A stretch of 27,726 bases of DNA from Bdellovibrionales bacterium (GCA_043739185.1 JAYUEN010000508.1:1-27726), one strand, 5' to 3'; counted from the first letter of the stretch, positions 8,037-17,811 are shown. Notes: generated from the letters alone by a model not told the origin. Numbers and translations: made by a program.

Positions 8037-8408
8037 TCAGACAGGAAGTTGCCACTGACGATGAAATACTATTAAAGTTGGATACTCCCGCGCATCCTTT
8101 TCTAGCTGGCCGCCCCTGTAGGTAAATCCATAAGGCGGTGGCATTGAGCTTTTAAATTTCTGCCGGAAGACAAGCGACGGACTGACGCTTTTGTTTGGCC
8201 GCAGTTGCACCTTGTTCTTCTTGAGCTCGTCGTTTAGAGTGATAAAAGGAATTCCGGTCATCGCGGAAATTTCGTTTAAGGAGTGGCCTTCGGCATAAAG
8301 TGGGGCTGCAATAGAGAAAATGCGATGCTTAGAATTTTGAAAAAGCTCAATGAAATCGTGGTCAGGCCCATCATTGCAGGTTCCAGAATCCGGCCTACCA
8401 ATAAACAA
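8037..8408 (-). pseudogene. HTH + serine-recombinase DNA-binding (Recombinase-domain-like) fragment, no catalytic domain, C-terminally truncated
   Basis: LYAEGHSLNEISAMTGIPFITLNDELKK (HTH), then PPYGFTYRGGQLEKDAREYPTL..FHRQWQ, typical of the start of the Recombinase domain. It stops before the expected IA..LN/W motifs. Confidence 0.6.
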
Positions 8409-8516
8409 ACTATTTGAACAGAGTCATAACTGACTGCTTGAATCTTTCAACATCTAAGAATTTAGCGGGACCCAAAATATTTTCAATACCAAATACTGCA
8501 AAACCAAAGGAGTTCC

Positions 8517-10028
8517 TTGAAGCTAAATACTTTGAGTACAGTTCATGCAGCCGCTCAATCTAAAAATTTGGACTGGTTGATTTTTTGGTTTCTCACCTTT
8601 TTCGCTGCGGCGCTTTGTCTTTATCATCTTGATCATCTCAGTTTATGGACAGACGAAGGATTCACCGCCGTAGTATCAGGATATAAACTATTAGATCTGT
8701 TAAAGTTTGAATTTTCTTCTGGCGATCCGAATCCACCTCTTTATTGCGTTTTAATTCATATGTTTATTACTACATTTGGTAACTCTGAATTTGTATTACG
8801 ATTGCCTTCTGCAATTGCAAGTGCTTTCAGCGCAGGTACTCTCTATTTAATTGGTACAAAATTCGTATCCAGAAGAGTTGGATTCTTGGCCACGATGATG
8901 CTCTTTGGTTCTGATTTTTTCATTAGATTTGGACAAGAAGCCCGCAGCTATGCGGTACTAGGTTCTCTGTGTTTATTGTCGATACTCCACTTTCCTTCTA
9001 AAATGAAATGGCCCACGAAACTTTCAAGACGGATATTTTTAACGCTAACTGTGATAATTCCCTGGGTTCATGCTTACGGATTGTTTTTAATATTTGCACA
9101 ATGTCTCTATATTTTGTTTCTATTGTACAGTAGCAAAAATGAGGATTTTGACTTTCAAGCTTCTAAAAAATTTTTGAAAACCTGGTACCTTGAGGTTTTG
9201 ACAGCAACATCGCCTGCTATTCCTTGGTACCTTTACTATTTAGTCCATAGCCGTGAAGCTTACGGCCGAATATCTTGGATCGAACAGTTAAAGGAACCTC
9301 TATTTTCTAAATTCCTCTTGACGAGTCTTGGTCGTTTTCATTCTTCGGCACTCTATATTTATTTTCTCTTGTTCGTTGCTAGCTTAATTTATTTTAGCTT
9401 ATTAGCCTTCAAGAACAGAAACTTTTTGAGCTCACTTTCAAGTCTCCTTAGATCACCAGCGCTTCTTATTGTTTTTTGGATTCTAATTTCCTTTTATTTA
9501 CCAATGATAATCGGAGAGATTTGGCACCCTATACTAGTTTATCGATATTTGAGCTCCGCTGCCATGGGGATTCCGCTGCTGGTCTTAATCCCCTTCAAAT
9601 TTTTCATACAGAAATTTCCTTTTGTTTTTTTAGCTATCTTCTCGTTTATTGCATTCAATAGCTTTTCAAATATAAAGCATTACTATAAATTTTTTCAAAA
9701 AGAAGAATGGCGGGCGACAATACAAAAAGTGAGCTCATTTGAAAAGGGGCCGCAAAAAATTATCATTTATCCAAATAATTTTGGTGGCAGGACTCCCGGA
9801 TTCTATGTTCAAAAACTGGCGGCAACTGAAACAATTCAAATTCAATATGCAGATGGTAAGCAAAGCTTGGTCGAAAAAATATTGCAGGAACAGAGCGTGT
9901 GGATTGTGATAGACTCCGAAAACCAAAAATTTGAATTGCAACAAATCGAATCCGAGAGAATACATTTAATTCAACATTTTAATTTGGCTAGGATAATATT
10001 GAACCAATATGAAGTGAAACCAAAGTGA
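8517..10028 (+). CDS. GT-C fold membrane glycosyltransferase (family 39 / PMT / ArnT-like)
   Basis: SLWTDEGF, PNPPLY, LRLPS, QEARSYA and WR motifs; many TM helices; AAGGAG before the TTG start. Confidence 0.85.
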   Translation: MKLNTLSTVHAAAQSKNLDWLIFWFLTFFAAALCLYHLDHLSLWTDEGFTAVVSGYKLLDLLKFEFSSGDPNPPLYCVLIHMFITTFGNSEFVLRLPSAIASAFSAGTLYLIGTKFVSRRVGFLATMMLFGSDFFIRFGQEARSYAVLGSLCLLSILHFPSKMKWPTKLSRRIFLTLTVIIPWVHAYGLFLIFAQCLYILFLLYSSKNEDFDFQASKKFLKTWYLEVLTATSPAIPWYLYYLVHSREAYGRISWIEQLKEPLFSKFLLTSLGRFHSSALYIYFLLFVASLIYFSLLAFKNRNFLSSLSSLLRSPALLIVFWILISFYLPMIIGEIWHPILVYRYLSSAAMGIPLLVLIPFKFFIQKFPFVFLAIFSFIAFNSFSNIKHYYKFFQKEEWRATIQKVSSFEKGPQKIIIYPNNFGGRTPGFYVQKLAATETIQIQYADGKQSLVEKILQEQSVWIVIDSENQKFELQQIESERIHLIQHFNLARIILNQYEVKPK

Positions 10029-10076
10029 CTGCCAACATTTCGTAATTCAACACATCAAGCGATTGATATTGAAAAC

Positions 10077-10410
10077 TTATTTGGGTCTGTGTTTTTCGAG
10101 CTGCCAATCCCGCTCAAGGATATAGAGCATTCTTTCATTCATGAGTTTGAGTCCCCTGGGGTTGGGATGAATGGAATCTAAATAAATTCTTTCATGTTCG
10201 TCTTTGAATAATTTGACGAGGCTGTAAACTTTTATGCTTTCATTTCGCAAATTCAAAAAGGCTTTTTCGATCAATCTATAGTTGTCCTTCCTCAAACCCC
10301 TGCGGACGATCTCGGATCTGTGGGCTTAGACTCGGATTCTCAATAGGTCTTAATGGATCCAATATTGTTGGCATTGATAAAAGACGAGCAGCTTCCACTG
10401 CGTTTATAAG
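10077..10410 (-). pseudogene. C-terminal remnant of an SGNH/GDSL hydrolase-like gene
   Basis: LFKDEHERIYLDSIHPNPRGLKLM matches the DxxH block V. The upstream sequence is in another frame, and no GDS block or start is seen. Confidence 0.55.
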
Positions 10411-10495
10411 AATAAACCCAATAGGGATGAGCGATTATTGCATCAATATAGCTAGGGATTTTGAAAAGAAAAAGACACTCGCATAAAAAGTTCAA

Positions 10496-12010
10496 TTAGT
10501 TCAGTTTTGGAAGTTCGAAATAAAAAGTACATCCGCCACCCAAATTATTAATCAATTCTATTTTCCCTCCGTGCAAAGACAAAATTTCACGACTGATAAA
10601 TAAACCCAAACCGAGTCCTGGCGAGTTACTTACAAATTCATTTGAGCCCCGCTTGAAGGGTTCAAATAATTCGGCCACCTGATTAAGGGCAATGCCGCTA
10701 CCGTGATCGCGTACTGAAACTCTTACTGTTTGAGAAAAGGAATCAACCCTAATTTCGATTGATGTATTGATGGGCGTATATCGAATTGCATTGTTCAAAA
10801 GATTTGAAAGGACTTGATAAATTCTAAGGGGGTCTGCTTTTATGAGCGTAGAAGATTCAGAAGCTGAAAAGCTAATAATTCTTTCGGGCTGAAGGAGTCT
10901 AAACTCTTCAAGGCAGGTTTCAATTAATTTTGATAATTCTAGCTCTTCAGTTCTCAAAATTACGTTTCCGCGTTCAAGCCGAGATACATCTAATAGGTCT
11001 GTGACTAAATTCGAGATGTGGTCGACTTGCGTTCGAAGTCTCATAAGAGTCCCTTCTTCGACGGGCTTGCCAAGCGCGAGATTTTTCTTTGTCATCTGCA
11101 ATAAGAGAGATAAGCCGGTAATCGGAGTGCGCAATTCGTGAGACGCCACATCTAAAAAATGTGATCTCGTTTGAGCTGTCTTTTGTGCCAATGCTAAAGC
11201 ATCATGCATTTTCACTTCAGCCTGTTTCCGCTCGGTAATATTGCGGGTAATCCCTAAAAGTTTGTCGATCTCGGCCATTTCATTTCGTAGTGGGGTGGCG
11301 TGAGTTTCAAGCCATAGTTGCGTGCCCTTTTTGCCTAAAACTTCAAATTCTAATATGCCATTTTCGCCAGACATGACTCTTTTGTGAAGAGACTGAAAGG
11401 CAAGGCGGTATTCTGGAAGAATAAAATCAAAGAGTGACATAGACTTAGCTTCCTCGAGACTATCTACTTCAAGCATAGCAAGACCAGCGGAATTCATCTC
11501 TAACAATTTACCCTCAGCATCTACAACCTTTACACATTCAGGTTCAGCTTCAATTATCGAACGAAGCCGATTCTCACTGAGTTGAAGTTCAATTTCAGTT
11601 TGCTTTCTATCTGATATATCAACAAGCGTACCTGAAAATCCTGAGTGTTCATCGTTCGCATTCTTAAATACATTGGCTTCTAAACGGAGCCATTTGTAAG
11701 ACGCGGTGTTGGATGCTTTTCGAAATTCCAATCTAATTGGCAGGTGCTGATTCATGAGTATCTGCCACGTCTCTTTGGCCGATATTAGATCTTGGGGATG
11801 AATAGCATTGAATAAAATGTCTGTTATTAGTGTATCGGTTTTTGGTGCCCCCAACAAATTGAGAAAGGGTTTATTAGAATAGATGAGCATGCCAGATTTG
11901 TCGGTAAGAAAAGAACCAACTGGCAGTTGATTAAGCCAGCTCTTAAATAAAAAATCATTTTCTGTCGTTGAAATAGAATTTGGAGAATCTTGTTTTATGA
12001 CATTATCCAT
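10496..12010 (-). CDS. Cytoplasmic PAS-PAS sensor histidine kinase
   Basis: IHPQD and DISDRK / NITERK PAC ends, ASHELRTP, NLLNNA, DHGSGI, GLGLGL. Start placed at ATG 12010 (GGAG upstream) rather than 12040. Confidence 0.93.
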   Translation of the reverse strand: MDNVIKQDSPNSISTTENDFLFKSWLNQLPVGSFLTDKSGMLIYSNKPFLNLLGAPKTDTLITDILFNAIHPQDLISAKETWQILMNQHLPIRLEFRKASNTASYKWLRLEANVFKNANDEHSGFSGTLVDISDRKQTEIELQLSENRLRSIIEAEPECVKVVDAEGKLLEMNSAGLAMLEVDSLEEAKSMSLFDFILPEYRLAFQSLHKRVMSGENGILEFEVLGKKGTQLWLETHATPLRNEMAEIDKLLGITRNITERKQAEVKMHDALALAQKTAQTRSHFLDVASHELRTPITGLSLLLQMTKKNLALGKPVEEGTLMRLRTQVDHISNLVTDLLDVSRLERGNVILRTEELELSKLIETCLEEFRLLQPERIISFSASESSTLIKADPLRIYQVLSNLLNNAIRYTPINTSIEIRVDSFSQTVRVSVRDHGSGIALNQVAELFEPFKRGSNEFVSNSPGLGLGLFISREILSLHGGKIELINNLGGGCTFYFELPKLN

Positions 12011-12421
12011 TTTAGTCTCCGGAAACCATGAAGATTTCACTTTCTATTATACTCTCCCTTTTCTGGGAGTCTCGCCTTTACTGAGGACTATTTATGTCCT
12101 TTTTCTATACTAACAAGACACGCAAAATCTAACTCAGAGCTAGGTTGCTGTTTAATATCATATGTTGATAGAGGCAAAATGTGCAAAATAGGTCCTATGT
12201 CAAAGCGCACAAACATATGAAAATATTAATGAAAATAAGGTGTGATATTTTTGTTGGTGATTAAAATACAACAATGCGGGAAAACTTTTGCAATTTTAAA
12301 TGGCGCATAACGGCGAAAAATTATTTTAAATGAACCTAGCTTTAAAAATTTATTGAAAAATAATTTGGATATTTGAAAACCAAAGTAAACATCGAATTGA
12401 TTATTTAGAATTTTTGAAATG

Positions 12422-12448
12422 AAAAAGGCCTCTGGCAAGAGGCTTTTT
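12422..12448. terminator. Bidirectional intrinsic terminator
   Basis: aaaaaggcctct-ggca-agaggcttttt, downstream of the 151-aa gene. Confidence 0.75.
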
Positions 12449-12473
12449 AAAAATAATACTTAATATATAAAAA

Positions 12474-12929
12474 TTAGTTCTTCAAATATCTTTGGCAACT
12501 GAGATCAAGATAAGTAATTTTAGCGGTCTCAACAACCATCAATTTTGCGGAAACAACTTGGCCTTCAGCAAGTGGAACATTGAAATAATGTTTTACATTC
12601 AAAATGAGGCGATGAATCTTATTCAATTGAACGCCAGCAAATAGTTCGGTGTGCGCAGAAGAGAAATTTAAGTTGGCAACATAATCAGCTCCGCTGAGAA
12701 GCAGGCCACCATCAGCAGCTGTAAATGTGGCAAGGGTTTTACTACCTTGATCAAGGCTTCCGTTGGTAATAACCATTACCGCAGGAGTGCGTGTGCCAAG
12801 ATTGGCGTGTACGTGGTCATATAATTTGATGCCATAAGTTTTGCTTTGATCAGCGCAAACAAAGCCATCAGCCTTTGCGAAATTGTTTCCTACAACTAAT
12901 GCGGCCATTAAAACGATAAATGCTTTCAT
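12474..12929 (-). CDS. Secreted hypothetical protein
   Basis: AAGGAG RBS; signal peptide ending FAKA-DGFVC; one N-terminal and one C-terminal Cys. Confidence 0.8.
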   Translation of the reverse strand: MKAFIVLMAALVVGNNFAKADGFVCADQSKTYGIKLYDHVHANLGTRTPAVMVITNGSLDQGSKTLATFTAADGGLLLSGADYVANLNFSSAHTELFAGVQLNKIHRLILNVKHYFNVPLAEGQVVSAKLMVVETAKITYLDLSCQRYLKN

Positions 12930-13089
12930 TTTTTACTCCTTGAGAGTTTGGTTAAAGTTTTTTACTTGGCGCTATCTGTACCACGCTGAAAAAATAAAAT
13001 GTTAGGCGAAAGCTACAAATTTAATATGCGCAGACTGCATAATGAAAAGATGTGCTATTTTTGCCCGAGAATAAATATAAATATATTTA

Positions 13090-13250
13090 ATACTGGGTGC
13101 TGAGAATACCAATCGACTTTACGGCTTTGATGCAAATAGTGGCCAAATGAACAAATGAGCGCGCTTCAACATTTTCAAACACCGATGGTGGCCAAGGGCT
13201 GAATATTTGCCGCTGCTAATAATCGACCCGATGCTTTTACCACGAAGTAA
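13090..13250 (+). pseudogene. Degenerate C-terminal remnant of a PQQ-like beta-propeller gene
   Basis: Two frames give GAENTNRLYGFDANSGQ and MSALQHFQTPMVAKG*IFAAANN..AF, resembling the last blades of PQQ-repeat proteins; stops and a frame change are present. Confidence 0.4.
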
Positions 13251-13284
13251 TTATTTTCGATAAGTTTCAGGACCTCTAGGGCAA

Positions 13285-14664
13285 TTAGAGTACTTTTAAA
13301 AACTCAAGAACTTGAAGCTTTTCATCTTGAGAGAGTGCATCCGGAAATGTATGTCCAAAAGATCCGCGTCCTTCTTTTCGAGTGTCATAGTAACGGCTCT
13401 TTTCAGTATTACTATTACGGTCTTTTACTGCCATATCTTGAACTTCACTATAGATCAGACCGACTTCTTGCAAATTGTAATCGTATAGACGGGGCGAAAC
13501 CTTCCAATACTTGGGGCGCTTTTCTGAATTGAGCATGGCCCAAAGAGTGGGGACGGATCCATTGTGAAGATACGGGGCGGTTGACCAAATTCCTATTAAG
13601 GGAGGAGCCAAATAACCAGTAGGAGCGAGCATCGGCGTTTTGAAGTCCTCACCTATCCAGCTTTGGTTCATAAAGTTTAGTAATTTTGCGTAACCTTCAG
13701 GTAAAGCTCGTTGCGGATCCGTTTGAATCCGATCCATGCGAATAATTTTATTTGGATAATCTAAAATTTTTCCGTCTAAACTATAGTGGCCGTGGCATTT
13801 GGCACAACTCACATTGAAAACCAACTTACCTTTTTCGGCCAAGCCTAAATCAATCGGGCCAGGAAATTTTGGGGGCTGAGTCGATCTTGCAAGGGCGAAG
13901 GCATCGCTTACACTTGGCTCAGCGGCTTTAAAAAAAATTCCTATGTCCATAGCACTTGTCATATTTGGAACGAAAATTCTTGGGGTCACTGGCAAAACGG
14001 CGTCGGCAAAAATATGAGTCTTCAAAGGGAGATTCCACCAGGGGGGCACATTGACCACTGATTTTTCAAAGCTACCCAGATTATTAGGACTCATCTGCAG
14101 GTTCATATTGGCATCTCGCAAATTAAGGGCCATGGACTCAATGCCTGGAGAAACCACCATTCCTCGCTCGGGTCCAAAATTTAGCGCCAGCTGATTAAAA
14201 AACATTCCCGGGATAGGATGCATTTTCGCAAGATCATGCAAAAGACTTTTCAAATCAATATTGCGATTTGGTAATCCTATAATTATTTGTCCTTGAATCT
14301 GGCCTGCATGACAGGCCAGGCAGTTCATTGCAAGTAATCCGTTTCGAGTCACAAAGCCCAAGGGCAACAATGAATTTTTAGGATTTTCTAAAAGACCATA
14401 ATGTTCAAAAACCGCCTTGCGTTTTTCAAGTTGGGTTTTGAGCGCAATTCGAGTTTGCGCAATTTCATTTGGATCCCAACTTCGCCACAACTCATCAAAA
14501 ACCTTAGGCGTAAAGACCAAGGGCAGAAGTGCTCCAGAGCTTGCGGTTTGGGTCAAATTGATCATTGCTCGATGTACAGCTTCAGGATCCTGAGCACCTC
14601 GCGAAAGTGAACTACATATTGAAAGGCCAAATACAAAGAAGCAGAATTTTTTAAGAAACTTCAA
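13285..14664 (-). CDS. Secreted diheme c-type cytochrome, RoxA/MauG-CCP superfamily-like
   Basis: CLACH and CAKCH, PPWW, TDPQR, GYLAPPLIGIWSTAPYLHNGSVPTLW and C-terminal GHTF. Start placed at TTG 14664 (GGAG 7 nt upstream; signal peptide KFLKKFCFFVFGLSIC). Confidence 0.85.
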   Translation of the reverse strand: MKFLKKFCFFVFGLSICSSLSRGAQDPEAVHRAMINLTQTASSGALLPLVFTPKVFDELWRSWDPNEIAQTRIALKTQLEKRKAVFEHYGLLENPKNSLLPLGFVTRNGLLAMNCLACHAGQIQGQIIIGLPNRNIDLKSLLHDLAKMHPIPGMFFNQLALNFGPERGMVVSPGIESMALNLRDANMNLQMSPNNLGSFEKSVVNVPPWWNLPLKTHIFADAVLPVTPRIFVPNMTSAMDIGIFFKAAEPSVSDAFALARSTQPPKFPGPIDLGLAEKGKLVFNVSCAKCHGHYSLDGKILDYPNKIIRMDRIQTDPQRALPEGYAKLLNFMNQSWIGEDFKTPMLAPTGYLAPPLIGIWSTAPYLHNGSVPTLWAMLNSEKRPKYWKVSPRLYDYNLQEVGLIYSEVQDMAVKDRNSNTEKSRYYDTRKEGRGSFGHTFPDALSQDEKLQVLEFLKVL

Positions 14665-14875
14665 TATCTGACTCCAATGCGGAAGTTCGCTTAAAAAGCC
14701 TACTGGTATTATTGCTAATTGAGCAAGCATAAAAGAATGAGCAAAAATTTGCACAAGATTTCTTCAACAATGCCAAATTGAAATAAGCTTCAACAATGCT
14801 GACTAAAATCTCATCTTGGAAATTCATATTCTTTAAGCAATACTGCATACTTGTGTGTTTGTTTCATTTTTAGAT

Positions 14876-14892
14876 TTGGCTTCACATTTGCA
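14876..14892 (+). promoter_or_regulatory. Sigma-54 (-24/-12) promoter for the 177-aa lipoprotein
   Basis: TTGGC-ttcacat-TTGCA, 27 nt upstream of ATG 14920. Confidence 0.6.
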
Positions 14893-14919
14893 AATTTAAG
14901 AGCGTAAGAGGTCATAAGA

Positions 14920-15453
14920 ATGAAAAACAAAATCTATTTTTTGAATTTGGCTAGTGTCGCGATTTTTAGCTCTGGCTGCGGGGGATCGGGAGGAGCCGCG
15001 ATCAATTTGAATAATATTTCTTCTACGGATATTGTTGGCACTTGGAAGGTCACCTATGTGTCTTGCAATGGCACCGGAATTACATCTGCCTATATTCCAT
15101 CCGGAAATACTTTGGTTTACAAATTTGATGGCAGCAACCTGTCCCAAACTGAAACTAGTACGAGCTGTTCTCAGACGACTCAAATGCCATATAATTTTGA
15201 TGGTGCTCAGATGACCATCGCAGCAGGTTCAAACTATTCGGTGAGCTGTATTCCTAGTTCCTGCTCAAGTAACGGTATGATGCCGCCATCAGCTTGTGGT
15301 TCTGTTGGAGTGAATACCAATCTGGTGACTGTATCGGTTACAGGTATCAATGCGGGCGTCATGACAACTCGTGAATCTGATTCCCAAGCGAGTTCAGTGT
15401 GCTCAAGCTACAAAGGCACAATTCCTTTTACGTTTTCAATGACTAAGCAGTGA
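14920..15453 (+). CDS. Cys-rich lipoprotein, lipocalin-like beta-barrel
   Basis: Lipobox SSGC followed by a Gly/Ser linker; DIVGTWKVT motif; six further Cys. Confidence 0.75.
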   Translation: MKNKIYFLNLASVAIFSSGCGGSGGAAINLNNISSTDIVGTWKVTYVSCNGTGITSAYIPSGNTLVYKFDGSNLSQTETSTSCSQTTQMPYNFDGAQMTIAAGSNYSVSCIPSSCSSNGMMPPSACGSVGVNTNLVTVSVTGINAGVMTTRESDSQASSVCSSYKGTIPFTFSMTKQ

Positions 15454-15498
15454 ACTTGATGGCAACTTTGAAATTCAATTTGAAGGAATAATACGAAT

Positions 15499-16152
15499 AT
15501 GAAAACTGCGGCAATATTGGGAGCCACCGGCCTCATCGGAGGTTTATTATTAAAACGTCTTGTCGCTACAGAAGAATACGAGAAGATTTTTGTACTCTCT
15601 CGCCATAAACCAGAGATTGAGAATTCAAAGTGTGAATGGATTAAAATTGAGCTTGAACAACTGTCTACTCAAAAATTGAGTGCGGACGATTTTTTTTGTA
15701 CAATTGGTAGCACCATCAAAAAAGCCGGCTCGCAAGAAAAATTTCGCAGTATTGATTTTACGTCCGTAATAGATTTCGCAAGCCTGGCAAAAAAAACAAA
15801 TGCAAAATATTTCGGAGTTGTCAGCGCTCTCGGTGCGAATAAGGATTCGAGCGTTTTTTACAATCGCACAAAGGGAGAGATGGAGAAAGCAATTATCAGT
15901 TGCAAACTAGCACGGCTTTTTATTTTTCGCCCTTCTCTACTTATTGGCCAAAGATCTGAAGTGCGAAGGGGAGAGAAAATTGGTGAGGCCATTTCGGTTT
16001 TTATAAATCCATTTTTAGTTGGAGCCCTTAAAAAATACCGTCCCATCGAGGCAGCTAAAGTTGCAGCGGCGATGTTTCAGTCCGCGCAAGCGAAAGGCTC
16101 AAATTTTAAAATATATGAATCAGATGAAATTGCATCCTATAAAGCTATTTAG
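15499..16152 (+). CDS. NAD(P)-binding oxidoreductase, HTATIP2/CC3 (YraR-like) family
   Basis: GATGLIG, TIGSTIKKAGSQEKF, VSALGA, FYNRTKGEME, RPSLLIG. Confidence 0.9.
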   Translation: MKTAAILGATGLIGGLLLKRLVATEEYEKIFVLSRHKPEIENSKCEWIKIELEQLSTQKLSADDFFCTIGSTIKKAGSQEKFRSIDFTSVIDFASLAKKTNAKYFGVVSALGANKDSSVFYNRTKGEMEKAIISCKLARLFIFRPSLLIGQRSEVRRGEKIGEAISVFINPFLVGALKKYRPIEAAKVAAAMFQSAQAKGSNFKIYESDEIASYKAI

Positions 16153-16624
16153 ATTTTTTCTTGCTAGACTTTTTTAAGGTTTTTTTAAGGGGTGGTTTTT
16201 TCTTAGAATTTTTAGCGCTCGAGCTCAGCCTCGATTTTGGAAGCTTTCCGAGACGGGGATCATTTCGCTTAATCAGATTGCAAAACTCAAATGCAGACTC
16301 TTCAAAATCAAGTTCATCCTCTGGTAAATTAAACCAGGTACTAAAGCCTTTCTTGGTATAATCTTGAAAGAGCTCTATGGGGCGAAGGCTCTTAAATTCT
16401 TTCTTTAAACTATCAAAATGATCACCAGACAAGACCATCCAAAGGCCATTGTCTCGAATGTTTTTCGGATCATCGCGCTTTCGCAAGATACAAATAATTT
16501 TGCTATCCAAATAAATCGCATGGCAGCCGAACATGGCCTTTATATCTAGTCTGCGGATATCAAAGTGATCTGCTAGTTCCTCCCAGACAAAAAGAAAGGC
16601 AACGGTATTGAAATTCTTAATCAT
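16145..16624 (-). CDS. TfoX/Sxy N-terminal-like domain protein with a Lys-rich tail
   Basis: IKAMFGCHAIYLDSKI motif; DPRLGK; basic C-terminus. Confidence 0.65.
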   Translation of the reverse strand: MIKNFNTVAFLFVWEELADHFDIRRLDIKAMFGCHAIYLDSKIICILRKRDDPKNIRDNGLWMVLSGDHFDSLKKEFKSLRPIELFQDYTKKGFSTWFNLPEDELDFEESAFEFCNLIKRNDPRLGKLPKSRLSSSAKNSKKKPPLKKTLKKSSKKKSK

Positions 16625-16626
16625 AT

Positions 16627-17811
16627 CTAGGGTAAGATCACTTTCATAAAACTAAGAGGCGAGTAATTTAGAAGGGTCATCTGTTGGTTTTGAATGCTGC
16701 CCACAAAACTTATTTTCTCCGCAGATAAACTCATTTGAATCGGAAATGCTCGCACTCCATTAATGGGACGATAGCTGCCATTGTAAGAGATATCTGAAAA
16801 GGTGGCTCCAACTAAAAAAGGACCAATGATAGTTTCAAGGGCTGAAAATACTTTTTGTTCGTCAGGTAGTTGAACAATGACTGCCGGCTTTAACGAATAG
16901 GGTGATTGGTCGAGAGAATTCACTTGTGCTGTTCCGATCAACTCATAAGCTTGATCTGAATCGGATTTGCTTGAGACATTCCATTTCAGGTTTTGACCCG
17001 ATATTATTTCAAACTTCAAACAGGCTGAGCCTTTGGCAATTCCGAAAAAATCGGGATTGAAGAAGTTATTCGAACGACAAACTTCGAAATTCTTCTGAGG
17101 ATTTAAAAAACTCAATTGAGCTGATTCTTCAAAGTCACGAGTCATTTTTTTATTGAGAAGGACGGACATAAAAACTTCAGACATAATTCCTGAACCTATA
17201 TGAGGTATTCCAAAAAAATGCCCGAGTTCATGAATGATTGCATATTGCAAAAGAATAGGACTTCGCCAAGCTTCGTTAATAAGCTGACCATTATTGGCAT
17301 AGGCATCTTGTCCTTTGTCAGCACTTATGTAAATGCTTCCGCTTCCCTGCATTTGCTCTAGCGAGTAATTTTTTCGAATCGTCACGCCAATGAATTTCTT
17401 CGGATTGTCTAGATATTTTACTTCATCAGCGTCTAAAGATTTGATTCCAAATTTAAAAACTAGGGGGGTGTCTTGAGAGCAAGAGCTGAGATATTTAAAG
17501 TCCTGGGTCGCAATTTTGGCATAGCCCGCTGGCCCAGCTTTAAATTCATTGTTGGTTTCGAATTCTTGCTTCCAATACTTAAATGCTTGTTCAATTGAAG
17601 ATTCAATTTGTGCCTTTGAGGCCGAAAAACTGGGAGCTTCTATTAAAATACAATATTCAACCTTGGTGGTATTTTTAACAAACCAAGGATTGCGCGCATA
17701 AATAAGAGATTCGCCGCCGGAAGAACTCCAGCCGCCAGTTTCACCCGCAAGCGTGAATTGAGAAAGTCCAAGTAAAAGGATTAAAAAAAGAATAGATTTG
17801 GTTTTCGTCAT
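16627..17811 (-). CDS. Secreted zinc metalloprotease (metzincin/matrixin-like)
   Basis: HELGHFFGIPH followed by the IMS Met-turn; signal peptide, then GGWSSSGG. ATG 17811 overlaps the upstream TGA (ATGA). Confidence 0.85.
   Translation of the reverse strand: MTKTKSILFLILLLGLSQFTLAGETGGWSSSGGESLIYARNPWFVKNTTKVEYCILIEAPSFSASKAQIESSIEQAFKYWKQEFETNNEFKAGPAGYAKIATQDFKYLSSCSQDTPLVFKFGIKSLDADEVKYLDNPKKFIGVTIRKNYSLEQMQGSGSIYISADKGQDAYANNGQLINEAWRSPILLQYAIIHELGHFFGIPHIGSGIMSEVFMSVLLNKKMTRDFEESAQLSFLNPQKNFEVCRSNNFFNPDFFGIAKGSACLKFEIISGQNLKWNVSSKSDSDQAYELIGTAQVNSLDQSPYSLKPAVIVQLPDEQKVFSALETIIGPFLVGATFSDISYNGSYRPINGVRAFPIQMSLSAEKISFVGSIQNQQMTLLNYSPLSFMKVILP

Noticed and set aside
12226..12438. 70-aa ORF in an AT-rich gap
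   Set aside because: Starts inside a terminator hairpin, has no RBS and has low-complexity F/K/I composition.
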